DNA of 64,000 nucleotides, from NCBI GenBank assembly GCA_048772705.1, contig JBLWGC010000213.1, positions 310,001 to 374,000 on the forward strand. Direction: 5' to 3'. The DNA comes from Leidyana gryllorum EB-2025a. Its lineage: Eukaryota > Protista > Apicomplexa. The notes beneath the pieces are model-generated. The model was not told the DNA's origin and searched no databases. It saw only the letters and a program-made list of their open reading frames with translations. This document shows positions 23,325-33,138 of this stretch, piece by piece. Numbering within the stretch: the first letter of the stretch is position 1; every line of letters begins with the position of its first letter. The translations under genes were made by a program, and so were the position numbers.

Positions 23325-24626
23325 TCACTACTATAAAGCGAGAGCTCCACCGGTCCCGCCCTTTCCCCCGAAGCCAGCGCGCGGTCCAGCGGTCCTCACG
23401 GGCTCCCAAAGGTCGCCTGTGAGCTCTACAAGCCACTCGAAGTGCCTTGGGAAACTCCGCGCCGCCACCATCGACTTCGGCGGTCGATAAGCTTCGTTAG
23501 TCAGTCGGAAGACGAGCTGCAAAGGCGGCGGTACCGCCAAGGCTTGCCAAAGCTCCTGAACCCTCCTGCCAGCGCGTGTAAACTCAGCCGAGCTTCTCAA
23601 GGCTCAAGCGACTCCACCAGCGCGGGGACGGTAGCGCGCCCCCCCCCTGGTGTGTGCCCAGTCCCGCTGTACTCTAAAAGAACGCCCAGTGAGCATAAGC
23701 TCTTCGACAAGGGTTGCGAGTGAAAGTTGAGATGCTTCTCTAGCGTTTTGGACCCTTACACGCTGTGATTGCGTGAACACGTAGTCGATACTATATTTTG
23801 CATAATACACTTTTCGTGCTTTTTGTCGTCGCTTGTCTATCTTTCGGAATCTTCGGGTGTTTCTTACGTGACCTCCGTGAACCCAGATTGACCTGCGTGA
23901 AGCGGGAGTCGTTCACAACTTGTGGCTCCACCTCTACCGCCGATTCCAAAGATTCCCCTCCACCGCCGATTCCAAAGCCATACCGGCGGAGGCGGCGGAC
24001 CGACTCGAGGCCGCAAACGCAAGGGTAAAGGCCGGAAGGAGGACCCGGCGAACAAGGGCCAATGAGCGTGCTGTGCACGAGGGAGTCCCGTATCTCCTCG
24101 TACGTTTCCACCTGCGCCCCGTTCTGCCCTTTGCGGAAGTCCGCCTTAGGGCGCGTCGGGAGCAGCCGTCGCAAATGCCTCAGCCGTTCCTCGTCCCCTG
24201 TTCATCAAAGAATGCCTCAAGTTCGTCGAACCGCTCATCGGCAGCCAACGCGTCTGCTGCGTCCGGTGGGAGTGCCGATCCAGCAGTTGTCGCCATGTTA
24301 TTCGCTGGTTACAATCGGCACCACCGTGATTCTCTCTAACTAATTGCCTAAGGTCCACTGCTCGCTACTTGGAGACCCTGAAGTCTTTTGGGGCTGAAGT
24401 CTTTGGGGACATCAGGTGCAACATCACTATAAGAAATCACTATTCAATAGAGGAACTCAACTGGACAGTGGTGTTTGGGTCGGAACTAAGAGAGTTAGGC
24501 CGGAACTGACTGAAGGTGCAAGTGTTCGTTGTTACTTCAGTGTACTAAAAAGGGTGTAACCGTAACAACAGGGTCTACGCTTTCATTCGCAAGTCGCATT
24601 AAAGAGCTCTCGCTTTATAGTAGTGA
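23325..24626. repeat. Segment bounded by perfect 23-bp inverted repeats
   Basis: tcactactataaagcgagagctc (23325-23347) and its exact reverse complement (24604-24626). Confidence 0.95.
24060..24323 (-). mobile_element. Frameshifted retrotransposon Gag-like remnant with a PBS-like site
   Basis: From ATG 24296: ..ERFDELEAFFDEQG/frameshift/DEERLRHLRRLL..VETYEEIRDSLV, resembling an LTR-retrotransposon capsid N-terminus. TGGTGCCGA lies at 24323-24315. Confidence 0.5.
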
Positions 24627-24687
24627 AACTGCTGATGGCACTTACCTCGGCCACTGCCGGTTTCCGTCGGCACTGTCAATGGCAGTC

Positions 24688-24843
24688 TCTGTCACCACTC
24701 AGCAGTCTCTGCCCACTGTCGCTCCTCCAAAAGTCGCATTGTGGGGAGAAACGCTGTCATCCTCGTGGTTTGAGTTGGTTGCAGAGTATTTCTGCTGAGA
24801 CAGTGCGGTGGACTGAAGAACAGATCCCTTGAAGCACAGTCGC
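24688..24843. repeat. Direct repeat copy B (pairs with 22028-22183)
   Basis: Same sequence as copy A, 2.66 kb downstream. Confidence 0.95.
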
Positions 24844-25161
24844 TAAAATTTTTGAGTCGATTTCTGCCGCATATATATACCGAAACGGCTTTGGTGTCTC
24901 CGCTCTGGCCCAATGGTGACTATACTACGTGTGGGAGTGTTGTTCCAGGGGGAAATCGTTCGACTTGTTATTGTTGTTGTTCTAATTCTGTTTCCAAAGT
25001 TTATCCAGCAGCTCTGATGCCAGGGGCCGGCGCTGTCATGTGGAAAGTGCTCACAACAATCCTGACTGGGGCCAAAAAGTAGTCCAGCCCGACCAGTCAC
25101 ATTATTATAGATTAAGCTATTCTCTTCTTGTCGGGGTGTCTGTCGTTTGGTCAACGTGTTT

Positions 25162-26307
25162 TCAGGGCTCTTCATCATCTTCAGATCGGTAATTGTCGTC
25201 TTCGGAGTCTCCCAGGTCGGAGGCACTGATCTCTGCGTCAAAAGCGTCACCACCCTCTCCCATCATGTGAGCAACACTACCCCCGGATGCAGCAGAGTAC
25301 ACAGCTCCACCCGCACCAATAAGGGCCAGCGCCCCCAGAGCGGCAGCAGCGATGACACCAGCTGCAGGATAGGACGGCCGTACGGGTAATGTTGTCAGTT
25401 CGAGAATCGAGGAGGTCGACCGAGTGGTCTCTGTGGTCTCCGATGCAGTGGGGAGCTCTGTGGCCGTTGTGGTGATGCTGGTGGTGGTCTCAGTCGTAGT
25501 TGCGGCAGTGGAGGTTGTCGAGGAGGAGCTGGCCGGACGGTAAGAGTTGCAGGCGATGGCCTCGATGGCGTCGAGGAGCAACGGTGAGGTGTTGTTGGCT
25601 CTAAAGTCGACGACCGCACTGTCTACTCCGTCTTTGAAACCCCAATAGTTGAAGAGAGTCTTCCACCACTGGACATATTCGGGTGTGACAAAGGCGAGAG
25701 GTTTGACGTCGGTGGCGGTGAGGGCCTCTTTGACCTGCAGGAGTGAAGGGTATCCCTCACTCTTGTCACAATTGATCCCAGAAGCCAAATTCGGGTTGGC
25801 GTAGGGAGTGTCTTCCGCATTATACCATCCACCACGGCTGGTAATAATTATGAGGACGCGGACGGGTTCGCCCACGCCTCCCCTGAGATGGGGCGAGAAC
25901 TCGGCGTACGTATAGCTGCTGTACACCATAGCGTCGAAGGGGTTCTCGGGGGCCGATATTCTCTCCTCACAGAGGGGCGCCATGTTGCTCAAGTGCATTT
26001 GAGTATAGAGATGACCTGCGGAGAGCGCTGTTCCGGGGCGGAAGCAGCACTGGTTGTTGTAGGGTGAATCGCCTGCCTTTGGTGCTTGTTTGGGACCCAT
26101 CATCGCCATGCCCGACCGAATACTGCTGTAAGGTTCATCTTGGAGATCCTTGAGGAACTCCGTGAGCTTCTCAGAAGAGTCAGGTAATAGCTTTTGAAAG
26201 TAGGTGTTCACATCCTGAAGCATGAAAACTTCAACCGGCATAGTCTTCTCGCATTGCCCCCACGCAGAAAGGCCTAAGAAGCTCGAAAGCGCAATCCAAT
26301 GCTTCAT
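25162..26307 (-). CDS. Type I membrane adhesin with an integrin-beta-like vWA domain, Thr-rich stalk and acidic tail
   Basis: Signal peptide MKHWIALSSFLGLSAWG; PVEVFMLQD, PENPFDAM, RVLIIIT, YPSLLQVKEAL..PLAFVT; mucin-like Thr tract; TM helix; D/E-rich tail. Confidence 0.8.
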   Translation of the reverse strand: MKHWIALSSFLGLSAWGQCEKTMPVEVFMLQDVNTYFQKLLPDSSEKLTEFLKDLQDEPYSSIRSGMAMMGPKQAPKAGDSPYNNQCCFRPGTALSAGHLYTQMHLSNMAPLCEERISAPENPFDAMVYSSYTYAEFSPHLRGGVGEPVRVLIIITSRGGWYNAEDTPYANPNLASGINCDKSEGYPSLLQVKEALTATDVKPLAFVTPEYVQWWKTLFNYWGFKDGVDSAVVDFRANNTSPLLLDAIEAIACNSYRPASSSSTTSTAATTTETTTSITTTATELPTASETTETTRSTSSILELTTLPVRPSYPAAGVIAAAALGALALIGAGGAVYSAASGGSVAHMMGEGGDAFDAEISASDLGDSEDDNYRSEDDEEP

Positions 26308-26327
26308 CGCACCGAAGCATGCGCACA

Positions 26328-28463
26328 CTATTCGTTTCGCAATCTGCGTAACACACCGCGCCCACTCGCTAGATCGAGCGCTTGTTCATACATTTTACCC
26401 ACTCCCGTACCTATCCCGGCCACTATCTCCAGCCTCACTTCTTCACCCGACCCAATTCCGAAGAAACTTAACGTGTGATACGTCGGAGACAACACTCTTC
26501 GCGTCGACCCGCTCTGAGGCAAATACTGCTTCCGCAACCCAGCACACCGCCCGCACATTTTCTCCTGGTCCCCTGCAACAGGCGACCAACACAACGCATA
26601 CTCCCCTCGCTCCTCTTTAAACACCCCAGAATGATCCAGAATACGTCGTAGAGCATCCACTGTGGTCTGCCCAATAGCAACTCTCACACTCATCAAGACC
26701 GCCGACTCCCAAACAATCTTCACTGTCGTCAAAGAAGGAAACATCTGTATCGCCTCCCACACATCTTCGTTCAGTCTCCCGGGATCGACGCGAATCCCAA
26801 ACTCCGACAACAGCAGCTGTGCTTTGCACCTTCGAGTCTCTTTCAGCGTATCTGACTCGTCGTCCCTTAGTGGCAGCTCAACGTCGATCGCCTTCAACAC
26901 CTCCTGAGCGCATTGGCGATGCTGAGAGTTGGCCTCGCCAAAGAACGCCACTCGTGTCTCCTCATTGGTGACCAGACTCGCAATGTACAGCCCGGCCTCC
27001 CGGTGCAACGAGTCCCGTAACATCTCTCCATCGCACCAGAGTAGTTTGGGAAACAATCCCCATCGCAGATACCTCAGCTGGTCGGCTTCTGATCGGGACA
27101 AATCTTCTCCAGCGCGAAACACGGGATTGCGTCGGAGACGCAGTCGTGTCAGAGTCGGAGAGAACATCCGTATCAGTTCCAAAAACTGTTCCCACGTAGC
27201 GAGAAGAGTGTCGTCAGCACTGAAACTCTCCAACTTGGGCAATATTTGTGGTGGTGGTGCATCGCTTAGTGGTGTACCGCTGAGTTTCGATTGGATCAAT
27301 TGGTCCCATTGCAACGCGTTGCTGCTGAGAGAAAGAGACTGAAGAGCCGGGCACCTTTGGTTAAAGATGTCGAGGAGCCCTCGAATGGATTGGAGACAGT
27401 TCTGCGAGAGATCAATCTCCGTCACACCCGAGCTCGACAAATTCTCCAGAATGCCCTCGGTCTCGGTATCGGTGAGCCAATTGTGGTCCAGAGAGACCAC
27501 TCGCAGTTGAGGACACAGAGAGAGGAGATGAGATACCGTCTCGACGCTACGAATAGAATTTTGGTACGATTGCGGCAGAGGAGATTGGCCCCATAACTCA
27601 GACAGGTGGACTTCCTCAAGTTTGGAGAAACATTCGGGGATCGCGAGGTCCTCCTGAAACGCTTCGATCGCTGGTTTTGTGAAGAGACCCCGACAACTGG
27701 ACAGATTGAGACACTTTAGATTGGGGCAAATGTTCAATATGTCGTACAAATCTTTGAAGGATGACAAGAGGATATTGCCACTCAAATCGAGTGTGTGTAG
27801 ACTCTTGAAACACTCGCCTCGATTTTGCAACGCATCGGCGAGATCCATAACCGCCGGCGAACGTTCCAACAAAGTGTCAGCAAAACAGCCTTTGATCAAA
27901 GCGTGTTGCACCCCAATGGTTTTCAGCTGCAGTATCTGGGCTGTAGTTAACCATACGCGGCCAGAACTTCGTCCAACAAGAGTGACTTTGCCGTTTTCCT
28001 CGACCTGATATCGTCCCCAGAGAGCACTTTCAGCAGGCACGACGAGGCGTCCATCAGGAGTGAAGTGCGTCAGATTTTGTCTGTCAGTTTCTTGAGTTTG
28101 TGTTATTCGCACATCGTGGGTCGAGTCGGCGTTCTCCCCATAGCGATGGCCGACGGCTTCGAGGAAAGAAACACCCGACAGAGCCCAGGAGGGCAAAGTG
28201 TTGGCTTTGATGAAGCTCACACTGGGGGCAACAGGAGTGAATAAGCGGGTGTCTGACCAGACACCATCTTTACGGCGCCCCCTTTTACTGGAGGGTGGAT
28301 CCCAAGCCACTCCGAGCCAAGTTGTGGAGGTGCTGTCACCACTTAGGAGACCGCGATATTGTATCCAGCCGGCATCGACCTTTTCATTGACTTCTCCAAA
28401 ACAAACAGCGTTGGTCGAATCAGTAGTAAAGCCCGGTACTGGCACAACAACACGTTGGTGCAT
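26328..28463 (-). CDS. TBCE: Tubulin-specific chaperone E
   Basis: CAP-Gly (IQYRG..WLGVAWD..RGRRKDG..LF..SFIK), leucine-rich repeats and a C-terminal ubiquitin-like domain (TLSFFGIGSGEEV). Confidence 0.88.
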   Translation of the reverse strand: MHQRVVVPVPGFTTDSTNAVCFGEVNEKVDAGWIQYRGLLSGDSTSTTWLGVAWDPPSSKRGRRKDGVWSDTRLFTPVAPSVSFIKANTLPSWALSGVSFLEAVGHRYGENADSTHDVRITQTQETDRQNLTHFTPDGRLVVPAESALWGRYQVEENGKVTLVGRSSGRVWLTTAQILQLKTIGVQHALIKGCFADTLLERSPAVMDLADALQNRGECFKSLHTLDLSGNILLSSFKDLYDILNICPNLKCLNLSSCRGLFTKPAIEAFQEDLAIPECFSKLEEVHLSELWGQSPLPQSYQNSIRSVETVSHLLSLCPQLRVVSLDHNWLTDTETEGILENLSSSGVTEIDLSQNCLQSIRGLLDIFNQRCPALQSLSLSSNALQWDQLIQSKLSGTPLSDAPPPQILPKLESFSADDTLLATWEQFLELIRMFSPTLTRLRLRRNPVFRAGEDLSRSEADQLRYLRWGLFPKLLWCDGEMLRDSLHREAGLYIASLVTNEETRVAFFGEANSQHRQCAQEVLKAIDVELPLRDDESDTLKETRRCKAQLLLSEFGIRVDPGRLNEDVWEAIQMFPSLTTVKIVWESAVLMSVRVAIGQTTVDALRRILDHSGVFKEERGEYALCWSPVAGDQEKMCGRCAGLRKQYLPQSGSTRRVLSPTYHTLSFFGIGSGEEVRLEIVAGIGTGVGKMYEQALDLASGRGVLRRLRNE

Positions 28464-29121
28464 GCTTCAGCAGCACGTGCGGGATTCTTCTATGAGAGCC
28501 GTTACACCGGTGGAAGGGAGTTTCGAGTCGGTTAGCTCGCGGCAGGAAGAGCGGGTGAATGTTAGGGGAAGTGGAGGGGGGGATCAACGTCGACGGTGGC
28601 CTGCCGACGAAGACGAAAATGCAATTGGCGTGCCACCACCCAACACAAAACGAGCTCGACGGATAGGTCTATGCATCGATCAGGCGATAGAAAGGGGATA
28701 TTTGCCAAAGGACATCCGTAAGATGATGCGACAATGGATGTGGGGAGACAGTTGGAGGGCCTATATCCCATTAGCAGTAGCTGCTGGTGCTATGATGAAC
28801 CAAAAGGTGGATCTGAAGACTAACATTCACATCATGAGGGGCACCAGAGATCCCGTCGACTATGTCCCAGCTGGCTGGGCGTGTTTGGAGTTTGACCCCG
28901 ACCAAACGAACAGTTTCTTCAGCTGCTACCTCCCAACTGTCACACAGTCCTGCGACATCGAACTCGAACCCACCATCCCCGACAACCCCCGAAATAGAGA
29001 GGCCTATGAACTGATGCAGAAGCAATGCAAAGAGATGGGCAAAGAAGTGCCCAAATGGAGACTAACCAAGACACCCCCTCAAATTGACCCGGAATTACAA
29101 CAGCAAATTGCACACAAGTGA
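28462..29121 (+). CDS. Hypothetical protein
   Basis: Open frame to 29121; start at ATG 28462 or 28492. Confidence 0.5.
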   Translation: MLQQHVRDSSMRAVTPVEGSFESVSSRQEERVNVRGSGGGDQRRRWPADEDENAIGVPPPNTKRARRIGLCIDQAIERGYLPKDIRKMMRQWMWGDSWRAYIPLAVAAGAMMNQKVDLKTNIHIMRGTRDPVDYVPAGWACLEFDPDQTNSFFSCYLPTVTQSCDIELEPTIPDNPRNREAYELMQKQCKEMGKEVPKWRLTKTPPQIDPELQQQIAHK

Positions 29122-29128
29122 CGACGAC

Positions 29129-29728
29129 ATGTTGGACTCATTTCTGCGGTCCTTTGTTCAGCCCGGTGATGACCCCACTCTGACACAGGACTTTCTCTCC
29201 TTTGTCGGAGAAGTCGAGTGGAGCTCTCCAGTTTTTGGAACGCTCCTGGGTATCCATCTGACATTTCTCGTCCTCAGTATACAGGCTGCAAACTCGGGAA
29301 GTGTGGGTTTTATTGCTGCCACAACCTTTACTGCCTGTGAGTCGGAAACCACTCACTCACTCACTCACTCACTCACTCACCCTCAACCAACCATATCGCA
29401 GTCATTTGTACGAGGATGGCTGAATACTTGAACACCTACTTTGCCAAGGAACATCGCTGGCGGTTCGTCTTGGGCCTCCGGGCTAACTACTTTGCCGATC
29501 CCTCGGGCGCCTTCATCAGTCTGGTTTGGTCCACTCCCTTTGTCATTTCGAGCTTTGTGTCTCTGGTGAGCAGCGAGCAGCGAGGAGATGAGTATATTTT
29601 ATATCTTGCTGCTGCCGCAGATTGTGCTCCTAACACGCACAGCTAAACTCATGGTGGAGACGAAGAGAAAAGAGCTCAAAAGCAGACAGCAGAAGCTGAG
29701 CAGAGCCAAAGGAGCACATCAGGAGTGA
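29129..29728 (+). CDS. TMEM18: Transmembrane protein 18
   Basis: VEWSSP..LLGIH, MAEYLN..W..NYFADPSGAFISLVWSTP, LMVETKRKELK; two introns, the first with (TCAC)n. Confidence 0.85.
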
Positions 29729-29789
29729 CCTGCCTGGACCGCGCGGGAGACTGTCTGTAACGTCAATTGCACCTCACATGCACGGAAAC

Positions 29790-30826
29790 ATGATCACATT
29801 GCTCTTCAGCGCTGGTATCTTCACTCTCATTGTAGCCGCCGGAGGCCCGGTGGACTACACTCGCCATGGATATGACTGGCAATGCACAGGAGACCCCAAA
29901 CTGCAGTCTCCAATCTTTGTCCCTGAAGCTCTGCTGCCCATGCCCGTTCGAATCCTTCGGGGTGACCGTCAACTGATCGGAAACGACGCTGTGAACTGGA
30001 TCGAAGATGCTATGACACCCACAATCATTCCCAATATACCGCAGCAACAGCCACCGCTTATTCTGCCACCACAGCAGCCAATGATGTCGCAAGCAGCACC
30101 CAGCCCGATTGTGCCGCAGAACCTTCCTGTCCCAACACAGCCGTTTGAAAGTGTTTCAGCTCCACAATTGATCAGTTTTACGGGTCCTGACCAAGTTCTC
30201 TTTAGCTCTGACGGCAAGGAGGTGAAAATCGAAGGAAACTTCCTCGCTCTCAATGCCTTAGCCTACAACGGCCAAACATGGAACCTCACCAACCTCCATT
30301 TCCACTCCCCTGCCGAGCACATTCTGATGCGCGATGGCTTCGGACCGATACGACCAGATGCTGAAGCTCATTTTGTCTTCTCTGATGCTGCTGGTAACCC
30401 GGCCGCCGTGCTCGGATTCCTGCTCGAGGCCGGAAACGTACCTGCCAATGAGGCGTTCTCCAAGCTTCCCTTCGACGCCACAGAGGTCACGACACAAACC
30501 GCTCTCACATTCGCTAAGGGTTTGATCCCGGCCCTCGCAAACGCATCAGGAAGCATTCAGGTGATCCATTACGTCGGTTCATTGACCACTCCTCCCTGCG
30601 CGGCCCCCATACAATGGTTCCTAGCCAGGGTACAAGGTAAGCTCTTCAATATTTAGTCGGCTGGGTGTCTTAACACAATGTCTCAACAGTTCCGCCCGAG
30701 CAACTTGAACTCCTCGAAGGCCTTCGCGAAAATGGGGCTGGGGGCAATTGGAGGGCACCACAGGAACTATTCTGCCGCCAATTGACACAGTACAATATTC
30801 CGATCTCCTATGTCTCAGTACCCTGA
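29790..30826 (+). CDS. Secreted alpha-carbonic anhydrase
   Basis: Signal peptide; DYTRHGYDW, QSPI, LHFHSPAEH, EAHFV, YVGSLTTPPC, GNWRAPQ (after an intron at about 30637-30689). Confidence 0.93.
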
Positions 30827-30943
30827 GCAGAACGACTCAGCCAGCAATCCATATTCTTCGATCTTCAATCTTTTCTTCCTTCTTTGCTCTTCTTTTTCAA
30901 TATTTCTCGACCTCACCGACACCCGACAACGACACAGTGTCAG

Positions 30944-32070
30944 TCAGAAAGGGACGATCCGTGACATATTGTAACCCATCCGACGAAGAAGCGGCCGGAC
31001 ATGTCCACTACACATTGGCACAGGACCCACCAAGCAGATCAAAGGATCGCTCGACGGCGGCGGCAAAACACTTTTGAGCAATCTCTCAGTCACCGTTCCC
31101 TGCACTCCATCGTACACGTCTCCCTCCGTGACCCTTTGTGCTACGATCTCTAACTTGAACCGCCGCTTGTGAGTAGAGGCCCAGCCACGAAGAGTATCCA
31201 CAAATACGAGTTGACGAGTAGATATCACACTATACAACAGCGATATCGACGTAGGATCTCGAGGATCACTCAGTATTTTCTGTGCGATCGCGAAACCGGG
31301 AAACATGCCAGTCCCCCCCAATATCATAGCAAAGTGACTGGCCTTAAGCAACCCAATCGGTCCTCTGCCAAGACCCTCAGACATTACTCGGATCACACCA
31401 TATCCTACATAACCGACTCGACCATGAGGGCCTGATACAGTAACTTCATCGTTAGGCTCCAGTCGCCTGACGACTGAAGACATCAAACCCCCCTCTGGGA
31501 ACTCCACACTCGGCCCGTAGCAACGCACAGCAATCTCGAAAAATCCCTTCGTGTCGGGATGGCTCAGAGGCGTGTAACTACCCAAGTCAAATATCTGAGA
31601 TCACATGGGAACAACACTCACTTTCGCCAAATCTCAGTCCCGACGTCTCTCAGAGGCTGCTTGTTCCACGTTAATTCAGCCATAGGAACCCCCAGCTCCT
31701 CTGCTCTTTTCCGCAGCGGATTGGGCACGTAAAGTCGGATGGCGTGACCAGCATACATACCGAGTCGCATAGTGCGCGTCGGTAAAGCAATGCGCAAGAC
31801 CACCGTATCAACGGAGTGCCACTTTTTGCTCATTATCTTCAATACATGTCGTTCTTTTTCACGACGGGTCTCGCACAGCAGAAAGTCCTCGGCACGAGCT
31901 CCACAAGCTCGGCCCTCCAAGTAGATTTCAATTAAAGAAACACATATGGCCAAGAGTACTATGGTCGCAAATACACAGTAAATGTGGCAATCAACGTACA
32001 ATAATCCTTCAGCAGTAGCCAAACCGCGGAGATGATCTTCCAAAAGTCGAGTGAACCCCTGGAAGCTCAT
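30944..32070 (-). CDS. NADH-cytochrome b5 reductase family oxidoreductase
   Basis: N-terminal TM; RKYTPLS, GGLMS, SGPHG, ILGGTGMFP, CLVGPVPM. Confidence 0.92.
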
Positions 32071-32113
32071 TGTCAAAATATTAGCAGACCATCCACGAAT
32101 TCCTAGATATTAT

Positions 32114-33083
32114 CTACTGCTTGTCAAAGTCCAGCCCCACTCGCTCCAGACTTCTACCCTTCAATTCCTGAGACAAACGCCAATTGCCCTCTCCACCCAA
32201 TGAGCCCTTGTGCAAAACTTCAAGCACTTTCGCCTGTTTCTTCGACACTGTCAAGGGTGATTAGATCGTAGAACGTTTTGACAATTCTTACTGGTACTCT
32301 TGCTCAGGAACCATAACACCGGCTCCGAACAGGGAGGAGTGGTCAACGATCCAGTATAATGGGTCAAGGGGCGGCGTGAACCTTTTTTCCCAAGTACATG
32401 AGCAAAAATATTCCCCTTGATGGTGACCTGTTGGGTCTGAAAGATCGTTGTAACTCGCGCGACGTGCCACTGCTCACCAGTTGAACTCCCGGCTTCTTCG
32501 GCCATGCCATTTTCGAAAGCAAACCATTCTTCTTCCCCTTCGCCAACAGCACTCCCAGTACTGCTGTTCGGGTCGGACTCATGAAGACAAAATGCACTTC
32601 GGCTGGATACTGCTTGTATTGACCTTTCACTTGAATTCGGTGCTCAGAGGCCGAGTGGAAATGGAAATGATTCAAAGGGATCTCTTCGTCTCCCAATGTC
32701 ATCGTGAACTTTGCAAAATCAGGGCTGCTTGCCTTGATGCAGTCATTGTGGTATAAGAGCTCAACACATATACTGGCTGATGGTGCATTCAGCACAACAG
32801 TCTTTATCGCTTGCTCTTCACCACCCAATTTACTATTGAAGAACTGCATGTCATGTGAATAAGAAGACAAAAGTTGACTCACCGGTACGGGAATCAGGAT
32901 CGGACTCTGACAGTGCAGGCTCTCTTTCTCCGGATACTCCCAATTCGCTCCTTGCTGGGAGTAATCAAATGCCTCATGGGGAGCGGCGATCTCCTCCTTC
33001 AAGATGCGAGATTTCTTTTTGGAGCCTCCTTTCTTGGACTCGGAACTTCGTCGAAACCACGACTTCCATTCCCACCCCGCCAT
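32114..33083 (-). CDS. Alpha-carbonic anhydrase without a signal peptide
   Basis: FDYSQQGANW, QSPI, FHFHSASEH, EVHFV, YTGSLTTPPCSEPVLW, GNWRLSQ; two short introns restore the frame. Confidence 0.92.
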
Positions 33084-33138
33084 GGTCCGTCCCATTGTAC
33101 AGCTAGAGAGAGAAAAAGGTTAGAAATTGACAACGAAT

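Noticed and set aside
23326-24625. Bona fide CACTA (En/Spm) transposon
   Set aside because: The ends read CACTA...TAGTG, but there is no 3-bp target-site duplication, subterminal repeat array or transposase. Kept only as an inverted-repeat observation.
32251-32505. Apparent frameshift or pseudogenisation of the second carbonic anhydrase
   Set aside because: Explained by a GTGAG..CAG intron of about 50 nt.
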